The notes below the pieces were generated by a model. It was not told the origin of the DNA. It saw only the letters and a list, made by a program, of their open reading frames with translations, and did not search any database. Positions 45,341-54,484 of a stretch of DNA of 64,000 nucleotides are shown piece by piece (position 1 is the first letter of the stretch; every line of letters starts with the position of its first letter). This DNA comes from an uncultured Thermotogae bacterium (GTDB lineage Bacteria > Bipolaricaulota > Bipolaricaulia > UBA7950 > UBA9294), in assembly GCA_964558595.1 (NCBI GenBank), contig CAZLER010000002.1, forward strand, positions 31,414 through 95,413. The letters run 5' to 3'. Position numbers and translations under genes: made by a program.

Positions 45341-46093
45341 CTACCACCGTTCCATGAAGTGGTCGTAGATCGCCGCCGCCGCTTCGATCGCCTCGCCGCT
45401 TTCGGCCTCGGACAACCGGCGCCCCGACAGCCCAAGCAGCCGCTCCATCGCCTCGGCGACCGCCTCGGGGACGACGGACGGCGGGGCGGTTCCCTCGGGA
45501 TCGGCGTACAGGATCTCCCGCAGATCGGCGGAGATCCGTTCCAGTCCAGGCTGGCGAAGGATCGTTCGCATCGAGAAGGTGACCGCGAACGCCCAGCGTT
45601 CGACGCCGTTCCCCGATCCGACGAGCAGCTCGTCGAGCGTCGCCTCCAGCCGATCGTTGACCCGCTTGATCTCGGCGTACAGTCCCTTCTCGCCGGCGGC
45701 GGTAAGCGTCTCCGGATCGGCGGAGGATGCCTCGATCGCCTGCAGCACCCGCGCGAAGTCCTCGCAGAACGCCGCCGACGCCGCCCGTAGCCGTACGACG
45801 TGCGCAATCCCGGCCGCGGTGACGGACGCCGTCTGGACGACGTACTCCGCGTGGAATACGGCCAGCCGGTAGGTGTAGTTTTCACAGGCCTCCGACAGCC
45901 CGGGTGGAGGATCGACCGGCGTCCCGGCAAACAGGTGATCCGCATACGATCGATGCAGGGCGTACAACGGGGCGAACGCCGCGTAGACATCGGCGAACTG
46001 GGTAGCGAGCAGGGCCGGCGATCCGCAGCCACTCACTGCGATCAGACCGACCACTGCCCACCCGAGGATCACGGCACGCATGCCGGTGAGCAT
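45341..46093 (-). CDS. Hypothetical helical lipoprotein
   Basis: Hydrophobic leader ending in lipobox VSG-C; start uncertain (46081, 46093 or 46105). Confidence 0.7.
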   Translation of the reverse strand: MLTGMRAVILGWAVVGLIAVSGCGSPALLATQFADVYAAFAPLYALHRSYADHLFAGTPVDPPPGLSEACENYTYRLAVFHAEYVVQTASVTAAGIAHVVRLRAASAAFCEDFARVLQAIEASSADPETLTAAGEKGLYAEIKRVNDRLEATLDELLVGSGNGVERWAFAVTFSMRTILRQPGLERISADLREILYADPEGTAPPSVVPEAVAEAMERLLGLSGRRLSEAESGEAIEAAAAIYDHFMERW

Positions 46094-46291
46094 ACCCGAA
46101 CCCATCCCGTCGAGGTAGCGACGCGCCGCCGACAGAGGGTCGGCACGGCAGCTTCCGCCGCTCACTCCAGCCCTCCTTCAGCGTAGGGATCGCGCAATGG
46201 CAAACCACGATCCTTCGGTATAGAATGGTCGGACAACCTGGGCACCGGATATCCGGTGGGGAGCTACGAGAACTAGCTATAGGAGGTGCCG

Positions 46292-47461
46292 TTGAAGAAG
46301 CTATTTGTGCTGGCATGCGTCTTGCTGTTGGGCGTTTCCGTCGTCGCCGCGGGACAGGGACAGATCGCCATCGTGCTGGATGTCGGCGGACGAGGCGACC
46401 TCTCGTTCAACGATATGGGATTCGTCGGGGCGGATCGAGCGGTCGAGGAATTCGGTTTGGAGTTGACCGAGGTTCAGAGTGCGTCGGCGGCGGACTACCT
46501 GCCGAACTTGCGCAATCTGGCAAGGACCGGCAACTACGATTTGATCATCGCCGTCGGTTTCCTGCTCGGCGATGCACTGGCGACCGCGTCCGCGGAGTTC
46601 CCAGAGCAGAAGTTCGCCATCATCGATGTGGACTACGTCACCGGACCGAACATCATGAACGTCGTCTATCGTGAGAACGAGGGGGCGGCGCTGATCGGCT
46701 GCCTCACCGGGATGGCGGCCGCCGACCACGGGTACGCGGCAGGCGGCGTGGTGCTGGGCATTCCGATTCCGGTACTGTACCACTTCGAGGCCGGCTACCG
46801 GTTCGGCATGGACTGGGGACTGGACAAGTACGAGGAACTGACCGGAACCGCTCCGGACGTCGCCATGCTGTACAACTACACCGGTTCGTTCGACGACATC
46901 GCGCTCGGAAAGGCGGCTTCGGAAGCGATGCTCGCCCAGGGCGCGGTCGGCATCTTCAACGTCGCCGGACCGCTGGGTGTCGGGGATCATGAAGCGGTCG
47001 TCGAAGCCCACGAGGACACCGGCACAACGTATGGGCCGCCGTACTACTTCGGCGTCGATGCGAACCAGGACTGGTTCGGTGATGGGAAGCATACCCTGGC
47101 CAGCTGCATCAAGCGCGTGGATGTCGGCGTGTACACCGCCATCACGTCGGTGGTGGAGGGGTCGTTCACCCCGGGTGTCATCAGCCTGGGCATCGCCGAG
47201 GGCGGCATGGGGATCAGCGACTACGACGCCCTCGTCGAGTTCATCGAATTCGGCGTAGACGCCGGACAGATCGAGGATACCCAGCAGGCGCGCAACTTCA
47301 TCATCGCCAACTGGACCGCGAACCGGAAGACGATCGCCGAGTGGATCTGGAACGCGGTGGACGAGTTGGAGGCCGGGATTCTCGACGGTTCGATCGTCGT
47401 GCCGACCGCCAACAGCGAAGCCGAAATCGGGGCGATCCGAGCAGACTACCCGCTCGAGTGA
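46292..47461 (+). CDS. BMP family (nucleoside) ABC transporter substrate-binding protein
   Basis: GGRGDLSFND, IIAVGF, YRENEG, GSF.D...GK, GVDANQ, IKRVDV; SD AGGAGG before TTG. Confidence 0.92.
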   Translation: MKKLFVLACVLLLGVSVVAAGQGQIAIVLDVGGRGDLSFNDMGFVGADRAVEEFGLELTEVQSASAADYLPNLRNLARTGNYDLIIAVGFLLGDALATASAEFPEQKFAIIDVDYVTGPNIMNVVYRENEGAALIGCLTGMAAADHGYAAGGVVLGIPIPVLYHFEAGYRFGMDWGLDKYEELTGTAPDVAMLYNYTGSFDDIALGKAASEAMLAQGAVGIFNVAGPLGVGDHEAVVEAHEDTGTTYGPPYYFGVDANQDWFGDGKHTLASCIKRVDVGVYTAITSVVEGSFTPGVISLGIAEGGMGISDYDALVEFIEFGVDAGQIEDTQQARNFIIANWTANRKTIAEWIWNAVDELEAGILDGSIVVPTANSEAEIGAIRADYPLE

Positions 47462-47484
47462 TCGTGATCGAGCGCTAGCTATCC

Positions 47485-47520
47485 GAGGGAGAGAGGGCCT
47501 TCCTCTCTCCCTCCTTTTTT
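47485..47520 (+). terminator. Intrinsic terminator between the binding protein and the ATPase
   Basis: GAGGGAGAGAGG-GCCTT-CCTCTCTCCCTC-CTTTTTT. Confidence 0.85.
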
Positions 47521-47570
47521 GGCTCGGTACGGCGCGGCGGGGTGGGGGAACCCTTCATGAGGATGCATCC

Positions 47571-49151
47571 ATGAACGACGACAACGCCTTCTTCCTCAAG
47601 GCCGATCGAATCACCAAGGTCTACTCCGACGGAACGGTCGCCCTGAAGCAGGCGTCGCTCGAGATCCGACCGCACGAGATCATCGGCCTGCTGGGGGAGA
47701 ACGGCGCGGGCAAGACCACCCTGACCAAGATCCTCTCCGGCTTGCTACCTCCGACGAGCGGGCGGGTGATTTCGCCACGGGGAACGGTGCGGTTCAGGAA
47801 CCCACGAGAGGCCTTGGAGTTCGGCATCGGCATGGTACACCAGCACTTCGCGCTGGTCGGAACGTTCACCGCAGCGGAGAACGTGGGGCTCAGCCACGAA
47901 CGACCGTTTGCCCGCATCCGGATCGCGGACACCAAGCGGCGGCTGGAGGCGTTGATGGAGGAGAGCGGACTGCGGGTCCCGCTCGACGTACCCGTGGAGA
48001 AGCTCGCTGTCGGCGAACAGCAACGTGTGGAGATCCTGAAGGTTCTGTCGCGGGACGTCGACCTGTTGATCCTCGACGAGCCGACGTCGGTGCTCACCCC
48101 CCTGGAAGTCGACGAGCTGTTCGCGTTGCTGCGCGGGCTCCGCGAGGAGGGGAAGTCGATTATCTTGATCACCCATAAGCTGAAGGAGGTCGGCTCGATC
48201 ACCGACCGCGTCGTGGTACTCCGCCATGGAGAGATGGTCGGCGACGTGCGGACGGCGGAAGCCACCACCGAGAGGCTGGCGCGGCTGATGGTCGGACAGG
48301 CACTGCAAGGGGAGGAAGATGTCGTCGAGCTGAGCTCGGACGACCTGCCCCGTCAGCGACAACGACCGGTGGTCGACCGCTCCGGCGACGGGATCCTGCA
48401 CGTCGAGAATCTCGCCGTCCGCGGCAACGCCGGGGAGAGCGCCGTCGACGGCGTGTCGTTCGACGTCTACGGAGGCGAGATCTTCGGGATCGCCGGCGTA
48501 GAGGGCAACGGGCAAACCGAACTCGTCGAGTCACTGACCGGACTGCGCATTCCCTCGTCAGGAAGGGCGACGATCCACGGCACGAACATCCTGGGGATGG
48601 ACCCTCGGCAGATCTACCGGCTCGGCGTGGCACACATCCCGGAGGATCGTTGGGAACTCGGGCTGGTACTTCCGTTCACCCTCGCCGAGAACGCGATCCT
48701 GGGGGTCCACCGGTGGGAGGAGTTCCGCGGGCCGCTGACGTGGCTCCGCTGGAGGAAAATCACGCAGCACGTGCGCCGGCTGATGGAGCGGTTCGATATC
48801 CAGGCGACCGGTCCAAACGCGCCAGCCAAGAGCCTATCGGGAGGCAACCAGCAGAAGCTGATTGTCGGTCGGGAATTGGCCAAAGACCCAGCGATCATCG
48901 TCGCCTCACAGCCGACCCGCGGGCTGGACATCGGGGCGGCGCACTACATCCGTCAGACGCTGCTCGACATGCGTGATGCCGGCCGGGCGATCCTTCTCGT
49001 CTCAGCCGATCTCGACGAGGTACTCGCGCACGCCGACCGCGTCGGCATCATGTACGAGGGGAGATTCATGGAGGTCAGCACCCCGGAGAAGCTGGATCGT
49101 GAACGGATCGGAATGCTGATGGGCGGCGTCACGGTCAAGGAGGGGGCATGA
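47571..49151 (+). CDS. Nucleoside/sugar ABC transporter ATP-binding protein (double NBD)
   Basis: GENGAGKTTL, GMVHQHF, ILDEPT, LSGGNQQK, QPTRGLDIGA. Confidence 0.95.
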   Translation: MNDDNAFFLKADRITKVYSDGTVALKQASLEIRPHEIIGLLGENGAGKTTLTKILSGLLPPTSGRVISPRGTVRFRNPREALEFGIGMVHQHFALVGTFTAAENVGLSHERPFARIRIADTKRRLEALMEESGLRVPLDVPVEKLAVGEQQRVEILKVLSRDVDLLILDEPTSVLTPLEVDELFALLRGLREEGKSIILITHKLKEVGSITDRVVVLRHGEMVGDVRTAEATTERLARLMVGQALQGEEDVVELSSDDLPRQRQRPVVDRSGDGILHVENLAVRGNAGESAVDGVSFDVYGGEIFGIAGVEGNGQTELVESLTGLRIPSSGRATIHGTNILGMDPRQIYRLGVAHIPEDRWELGLVLPFTLAENAILGVHRWEEFRGPLTWLRWRKITQHVRRLMERFDIQATGPNAPAKSLSGGNQQKLIVGRELAKDPAIIVASQPTRGLDIGAAHYIRQTLLDMRDAGRAILLVSADLDEVLAHADRVGIMYEGRFMEVSTPEKLDRERIGMLMGGVTVKEGA

Positions 49152-50308
49152 GCTCGTCCCCATCGACGGTGGTTTCGCGGCTGCTGCGAGGCGCCCATCG
49201 TACGTTGACCGGACTCCATCCGGCGCTTGAGTCGCTGTTGGCGGCGATCGTCGGGCTGCTCGTCGGCGCACTCCTGATGGCCATCTACGGATTTGATCCG
49301 TGGCGGGCCTACGCCGGCTTGATCCAGGGGGCGTTCGGTGGCAGCTACGAGATGGCCAGCTCGCTGGCCCGCGCGACGCCGTTGATACTAACCGCCCTGA
49401 CCTTCTCGATCTGTCTACGGGCCGGGATGTTCAACATCGGCGCCGAAGGGCAGATGTACATGGGCGGCATTGCCAGCGTCGCCGTCGCGTACTTCGTCCT
49501 GCCCACGGGTCTGTACCAGATCGCCGGCCTGGTGTTCGCCGCGGTCGCCGGCGCCATGTGGAGCCTGGTGCCGGCATTCCTCAAGCTCGCCCGCGGCGTC
49601 CACGAGGTGATCTCCACGATCATGTTCAACTGGATTGCCCGCTGGTTGGCGCTGTACCTGGCAATCTTCGTCGTTGTCGATCCCCTCCGGCCGGAGAAGA
49701 CGTTGAGCATCCCGGAAGCGGCCCGCTTCCCGGTCCTCGTCCGCGGGACCGACTTGTCCTACGGGCTGTTCGTGGCGGTTGCCTTCGCCTTGGTGATCTA
49801 CTTCTTGTTGTGGCATACAGCCATCGGCTACGAGGTCCGAGCCGCCGGATTGAACCCCTCTGCCGCCCGCTACGGAGGGATTCGCAACAAGCGAACGATG
49901 TTCATGAGCTTCCTCCTTGGCGGGGTGTCCGCCGGCCTGGCCGGCGCCACGGTGGTCATGGGGCTGCCGCCGACCTATGCGATCTACGGGGGCGGCGGCT
50001 TGCCACAGCTGCTGAATCTCGGGTTCGACGGGATGGCCGTGGCGATGGTCGGGAGAAACCATCCGATCGGCATCCTCGTGGCAGCGCTGTTCTTCGGCGG
50101 CCTGAACGCTGGCGGGCGGGTGATGCAGTTCTACGGGTCAAACCCGGTACCGCTGGAGATGGTCCGGGTCGTCATGGGGGCGATCGTCCTGACGATGTCG
50201 ATCCCCGAGCTGATCCGGCTGTTCCCGCTGGCGAAGCGCCGGGGCGAGGAGCTCATCGGATGGCTGCGGCGACTCGGGCACCGCCCGGAGAGGAGGGAAT
50301 CGTCATGA
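49148..50308 (+). CDS. Nucleoside ABC transporter permease 1
   Basis: ATPLILTAL, GMFNIGAEGQ, VHEVISTIM.N, G.EVRAAG.NP.AARYGG, GFDGMAVA. Confidence 0.93.
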   Translation: MSSSPSTVVSRLLRGAHRTLTGLHPALESLLAAIVGLLVGALLMAIYGFDPWRAYAGLIQGAFGGSYEMASSLARATPLILTALTFSICLRAGMFNIGAEGQMYMGGIASVAVAYFVLPTGLYQIAGLVFAAVAGAMWSLVPAFLKLARGVHEVISTIMFNWIARWLALYLAIFVVVDPLRPEKTLSIPEAARFPVLVRGTDLSYGLFVAVAFALVIYFLLWHTAIGYEVRAAGLNPSAARYGGIRNKRTMFMSFLLGGVSAGLAGATVVMGLPPTYAIYGGGGLPQLLNLGFDGMAVAMVGRNHPIGILVAALFFGGLNAGGRVMQFYGSNPVPLEMVRVVMGAIVLTMSIPELIRLFPLAKRRGEELIGWLRRLGHRPERRESS

Positions 50309-51198
50309 GCTTCGATGACATTCTGAGTCTGCTGCGGATCTCGCTGCACGCCATGGTGCCGCTGGCGTTGACGGCGGTGGGAGAGATCGTCGGAGAGACC
50401 TCTGGCCTGTTCAACATCGGCCTGGAGGGGATCCTCCTGCTTAGTGCATTCGGAGGCGCCCTGGCGGCCGAGATCGGTGGCACCAGCGTCGGGCTGCTCG
50501 TGGGAATGGGAATCGGCGCCGTGGTGTCCCTGGTGTTCGCGATCATCAACACGTACTGGAAGGGCACGCAGATGGTCACCGGCATCGGGATCAACCTGTT
50601 CGCCATGGGGTTCGTGGCGTTCGGCCTCATTCAACTGGGAGCCCCGGGGTTCCATGACGTTCCGAAGGCAGTGGAGCTAGCGAAATGGCGAACGTCGATG
50701 GGCCTGATGAGCCCGATGATCCTCGTCGCGCTGATCCTCCCCTTTGTCGTCGCCTGGTTCCTTCGTCACACCCGGGCGGGGTTGATGCTCAAGGCCGCGG
50801 GGGAGATGCCGGAGGCCGCGGATGTCGCCGGGATCCACATCAACGGGATTCGGCTGCTCGCCGCTGTCTTCGGAGGCGTTCTGGCCGGACTCGCCGGCGC
50901 CTACATGAGTGTCGCCTGGCTCGGCGTCGTGACCAAGCAGCTGTCTGCGGGCCGAGGGTTCATCGCGTTGGCGTGCGTCGTGTTCAGCGGTCTCAATCCC
51001 CTGCTCGCCCTGCTCGGTGCGTTCATCTTCGGCTTCTTCCAGGCGCTCGCCGAGTGGGTGAAGACGCTGCCCAGCAAACCGATCCCGGGCGAATTCGTGT
51101 CCATGCTCCCCTACGTGATCACCTTGCTCGTCGTGTCCGGCGCCATCGGCCGCGTGCGGTTCCCGAAGTCGCTGGGCGTGCCGTACAAGCGGGAATAG
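50305..51198 (+). CDS. Nucleoside ABC transporter permease 2
   Basis: GE.SGLFNIGLEG, A.GE.P.AAD.AGI, GRGFIALA, LPYVITL, P.SLG.PY. Confidence 0.93.
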   Translation: MSFDDILSLLRISLHAMVPLALTAVGEIVGETSGLFNIGLEGILLLSAFGGALAAEIGGTSVGLLVGMGIGAVVSLVFAIINTYWKGTQMVTGIGINLFAMGFVAFGLIQLGAPGFHDVPKAVELAKWRTSMGLMSPMILVALILPFVVAWFLRHTRAGLMLKAAGEMPEAADVAGIHINGIRLLAAVFGGVLAGLAGAYMSVAWLGVVTKQLSAGRGFIALACVVFSGLNPLLALLGAFIFGFFQALAEWVKTLPSKPIPGEFVSMLPYVITLLVVSGAIGRVRFPKSLGVPYKRE

Positions 51199-51234
51199 AT
51201 ACCGAGCGAATGCAGAACCGCGGGCGACTACGCA

Positions 51235-51262
51235 TTGACTGCTCCAGGTATAGAGCTATCAT
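51235..51262 (+). promoter_or_regulatory. Sigma70 promoter of the phnDCE-like operon
   Basis: TTGACT-16 nt-TATCAT. Confidence 0.55.
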
Positions 51263-51349
51263 ACTGTCATGAGGATCACAGGAGGAACGCGACGGCCGAG
51301 ATGGCTCGGCCGCGCCACCCGCAGAGCATCGTCGCACAGGAGGTGCAGT

Positions 51350-52357
51350 ATGCGTAAGCTCTTTGTCCTGGCCCTGGCGGCCGTCATGGCCCTAGGTGCC
51401 GTCGGTTTTGCCCAGCCCGGGTCGAGCCCGGACGAGCCGCTCTATATGCTTCTCGTTCCGTCGACAGAGGGTGCCACTGTCGAAGAGGTGGGGACGCTCA
51501 TCGCTCAAGCGTTGTTCGATCTCACAGGGCTGTACATCGTCCCCAGCCTGCAGGCTGACTACACGGCGATGATCGAGAACTTCGCCGCATCGGAGGGGGA
51601 CACCTTCGGCCTGCCGACCACCGATCAGTACATCCGGATCTACGACCGCACCGATGGCGAGGTGACGCCTCGTCTCGGATCGGTCCGCTATGGCTATCCG
51701 TGGTACTATGCAAGCGTCTACGCGCGCCGCGACAGCGGCATCGACTCGGTGGAGGATCTCGATGGGAAGGTCTGGATCTACAACGACACCGGCTCGACGT
51801 CGGGCTACGTCTTCCCGAACATGGTCTTCGAGCGTGAGGGAATCGAGTTGGAGGGGATCGTCACCTCTGGCGGCCACACGAACTCGATGGTCGCGCTGAT
51901 CGAGGGACAGGGCGACTTCTGCACCGGCTACGGCTCCGCCCCCGGCGCCCCCGATGCGTGGACCGGCGACAAGTGGGACTTCGGCGACGATCCCGAACTG
52001 TGGATCTGGGACCGCTGGAACAACCAGCTGTTCCGGCCGGCGCTTCGCGGCACGTGCTACGACCTGCGCCGTGCGGTCCGCAATACGTACGATTTCGAGG
52101 AGGTGCTCGAGACGATCGGCGTCGTGATGAACATCGGCCCGATCCCGAACGACTGCATGGCGTTCGGACCCGGCTTCCCGGAGGAGATCGCCGACCAGAT
52201 CGTCGAGGCGGTCAAGACCCACATCGCGACCGAAGAGGGTCAGGCACTGTGGGGTGACCCGAACTTCTACGAGTGGACGGATGTGGCCGAGATCGACGAC
52301 TCGTTCTACGACGGCTATCGCGAGATCCTCGGTCTCCCGATTCCGGACAGAAACTAG
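51350..52357 (+). CDS. PhnD/PtxB-family phosphate/phosphite/phosphonate-binding protein
   Basis: Signal peptide, DY.AMIE, YY..V.AR.DSGI.S..DL.GK, STSGYVFP, IPND. Confidence 0.82.
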   Translation: MRKLFVLALAAVMALGAVGFAQPGSSPDEPLYMLLVPSTEGATVEEVGTLIAQALFDLTGLYIVPSLQADYTAMIENFAASEGDTFGLPTTDQYIRIYDRTDGEVTPRLGSVRYGYPWYYASVYARRDSGIDSVEDLDGKVWIYNDTGSTSGYVFPNMVFEREGIELEGIVTSGGHTNSMVALIEGQGDFCTGYGSAPGAPDAWTGDKWDFGDDPELWIWDRWNNQLFRPALRGTCYDLRRAVRNTYDFEEVLETIGVVMNIGPIPNDCMAFGPGFPEEIADQIVEAVKTHIATEEGQALWGDPNFYEWTDVAEIDDSFYDGYREILGLPIPDRN

Positions 52358-52377
52358 CTCCCAAGGCATGATCCAGC

Positions 52378-52408
52378 GAATGCGGGAGGGGGTTCCCCTC
52401 CCGCATTC
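52378..52408 (+). other. 14-bp intercistronic stem-loop (probable mRNA stabiliser)
   Basis: GAATGCGGGAGGGG-GTT-CCCCTCCCGCATTC between the binding protein and ATPase genes, no T-tract. Confidence 0.7.
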
Positions 52409-52429
52409 ACGCGCACAATCGGGAGGGGC

Positions 52430-53200
52430 ATGTCGGAGCTCATCGTCACCGAGCACCTCACCAAGGTCTACGAGCGCGGCGAGATCCTCGCGCTCAACGA
52501 CATCAGCTTCTCCGTTGACTCGGGTGAGTTCCTCGTGCTGTTGGGGTTATCGGGCTCCGGGAAGTCGACCCTCCTTCGCTGCATCAACCGGCTGATCGAG
52601 CCGACAGCGGGACGCGTTCTGTTTGACAAGATCGATGTGACCCAGGCCAGCGGCCGGCAGCTGCGTCATCTGCGCCGGCGGATGGCGATGATCTTCCAAC
52701 AGTTCAACCTCGTGCGCCGCTCCACGGTGTTGACGAACGTGCTCTCCGGTCAGCTGGGCTACATGAGCCCCGCCGCTTCCGCCGTGCACCGCTTCACCAA
52801 ACAGGAGATCAATGAAGCCTTGGCTTGTCTCGAGCGCGTCGGGATTCCCGAACAGGCGTACAAGCGGGCCGATGAGCTGTCGGGCGGTCAGCAGCAGCGC
52901 GTCGGGATCGCCCGCGCCCTGATGCAGCGTCCCGAGCTGTTGATGGCCGATGAGCCGGTCTCCGCACTCGATCCGGCCACCTCGCACTCGATCATGCAGT
53001 ACCTCGAACAGATGAACCGCGAGGACGGCGTCACCGTGATGGCCAGTCTCCACTTCCTGTCGTTGGCGCGTCGCTATGGGACACGCATCCTGGCGCTCAA
53101 GGGCGGTGAGATCGTCTTCCGCGGGGAGCCGAAGGCGATCGACAACGCCCGGTTCAAGGAGATCTATGGCGAAGAGGCCGAACAGGTCGAGGTTCACTAG
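52430..53200 (+). CDS. phnC: Phosphonate-type ABC transporter ATP-binding protein
   Basis: [57 protein letters not shown]. Confidence 0.9.
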   Translation: MSELIVTEHLTKVYERGEILALNDISFSVDSGEFLVLLGLSGSGKSTLLRCINRLIEPTAGRVLFDKIDVTQASGRQLRHLRRRMAMIFQQFNLVRRSTVLTNVLSGQLGYMSPAASAVHRFTKQEINEALACLERVGIPEQAYKRADELSGGQQQRVGIARALMQRPELLMADEPVSALDPATSHSIMQYLEQMNREDGVTVMASLHFLSLARRYGTRILALKGGEIVFRGEPKAIDNARFKEIYGEEAEQVEVH

Positions 53201-54482
53201 GCGGACGCTCGCCGATCGGCTGCGTGCCCTGCGGCCGCGGCTGACGGCATTCCTGTTCGACTGGGCCTCGTGGGGGTACATCGCCTACGCCGTCATGTAC
53301 CTCCTCAACCGCTACTGGTATGTTCGCCACGTCAACTTCTACGGCCGGCTCGAGCTGCCACCGTGGGGATGGCCGGTCGTCATCCTCGCGACGTTCGAGC
53401 TCGCGCTGTTGTCCCACGCGTTCGCGCAGACGATCGGGATGAGCCTGTTCGGTTTGCGCCTGCTGGATCCCGACCTTCACCGTCCGTCGTTCGGCGTTCG
53501 CGCGCGACGGTTTGCCGCCCTTCACACGCGACTCCTTTTTCAGCCGCTCGCACTGCGACAGGGCCGAGCGATCGGTACCCTGCTTCACGATAGCCCGAAT
53601 ACCGGCATCATGCGCCAGCTGTCGGAGGTCAAGGAGGAGCTGCCGCCCCAGCCCCCGGAGCGCGTCTGGCTCACCTATCGTGGCCTCTTCCTCATCGGGC
53701 TGCTCGGTGTGACGTTCTGGCTTGGATGGAGGATCACGACAATCAACCTGCAGATGCTCGTCGAACGCATCGGCAAGTCCGGTCACATCTGGCGCGACCT
53801 GCTCACCCCGGACTTCACCTATCTCACGCAACCGGTCAACGCGCGCGGTCACTTGTTCTCGATCACCTACCACATGATGGAGACGATTTTCATGGCGTTT
53901 TTCGCCACCGTGACTGGTGCGCTCGTCGCGTTCCCACTGAGCTTCCTCGGTGCACGTAACATCATGGGATTCAACCGCCTGGGTTGGTTCGTCTACACGA
54001 TCATGCGGCTGTTCTTCAACGTCTTCCGATCGATCGAGTCGATTCTGATGGCCGTCCTGTTCGCCGTCTGGGTCGGGTTCGGCAATCCGTTCGCCGGAGC
54101 GCTTGCGCTCTTCTTGCACACGATCGCGGCGCTCGGCAAGCTCTACTCGGAACAGGTCGAGGGGGTCGATCCGGGGCCGCTTGAGGCGATTGCCGCCACC
54201 GGCGCGCGGCGCTGGCAGATCGTGCTGTACGGGGTCGTACCCCAGATCATCCCATCCTACTTGGCGTTCACCCTCTATCGATGGGACATCAACATCCGCA
54301 TGGCGACCATCATCGCCCTCGTCGGTGGTGGCGGCATCGGAACGCTGCTGTTCTACTTCAAGAACGAGGTCGGCCGGCTGCCGCAGGCGTGGAATCACGT
54401 CGGGGCGATCGTTCTCTCGATCGTCGTCGTCGTCTGGCTGCTGGACTACATCAGCGCGCGGGTGCGGGAGAAGATCGGGTAG
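53166..54482 (+). CDS. RDD-like domain fused to PhnE/PtxC-type permease
   Basis: SD AAGGAG before ATG 53166; RLTAFLFDW...TIGM.LFGLRL (RDD-like); KLYSEQVE, LYRWDINIR.ATII..VGGGGIG (PhnE). Confidence 0.8.
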   Translation: MAKRPNRSRFTRRTLADRLRALRPRLTAFLFDWASWGYIAYAVMYLLNRYWYVRHVNFYGRLELPPWGWPVVILATFELALLSHAFAQTIGMSLFGLRLLDPDLHRPSFGVRARRFAALHTRLLFQPLALRQGRAIGTLLHDSPNTGIMRQLSEVKEELPPQPPERVWLTYRGLFLIGLLGVTFWLGWRITTINLQMLVERIGKSGHIWRDLLTPDFTYLTQPVNARGHLFSITYHMMETIFMAFFATVTGALVAFPLSFLGARNIMGFNRLGWFVYTIMRLFFNVFRSIESILMAVLFAVWVGFGNPFAGALALFLHTIAALGKLYSEQVEGVDPGPLEAIAATGARRWQIVLYGVVPQIIPSYLAFTLYRWDINIRMATIIALVGGGGIGTLLFYFKNEVGRLPQAWNHVGAIVLSIVVVVWLLDYISARVREKIG

Positions 54483-54484
54483 CC

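Noticed and set aside
51256-51270. Pho-box-like CTATCAT-A-CTGTCAT upstream of phnD
   Set aside because: Repeat period is 8 nt rather than the 11 nt of PhoB boxes, and it overlaps the -10 element
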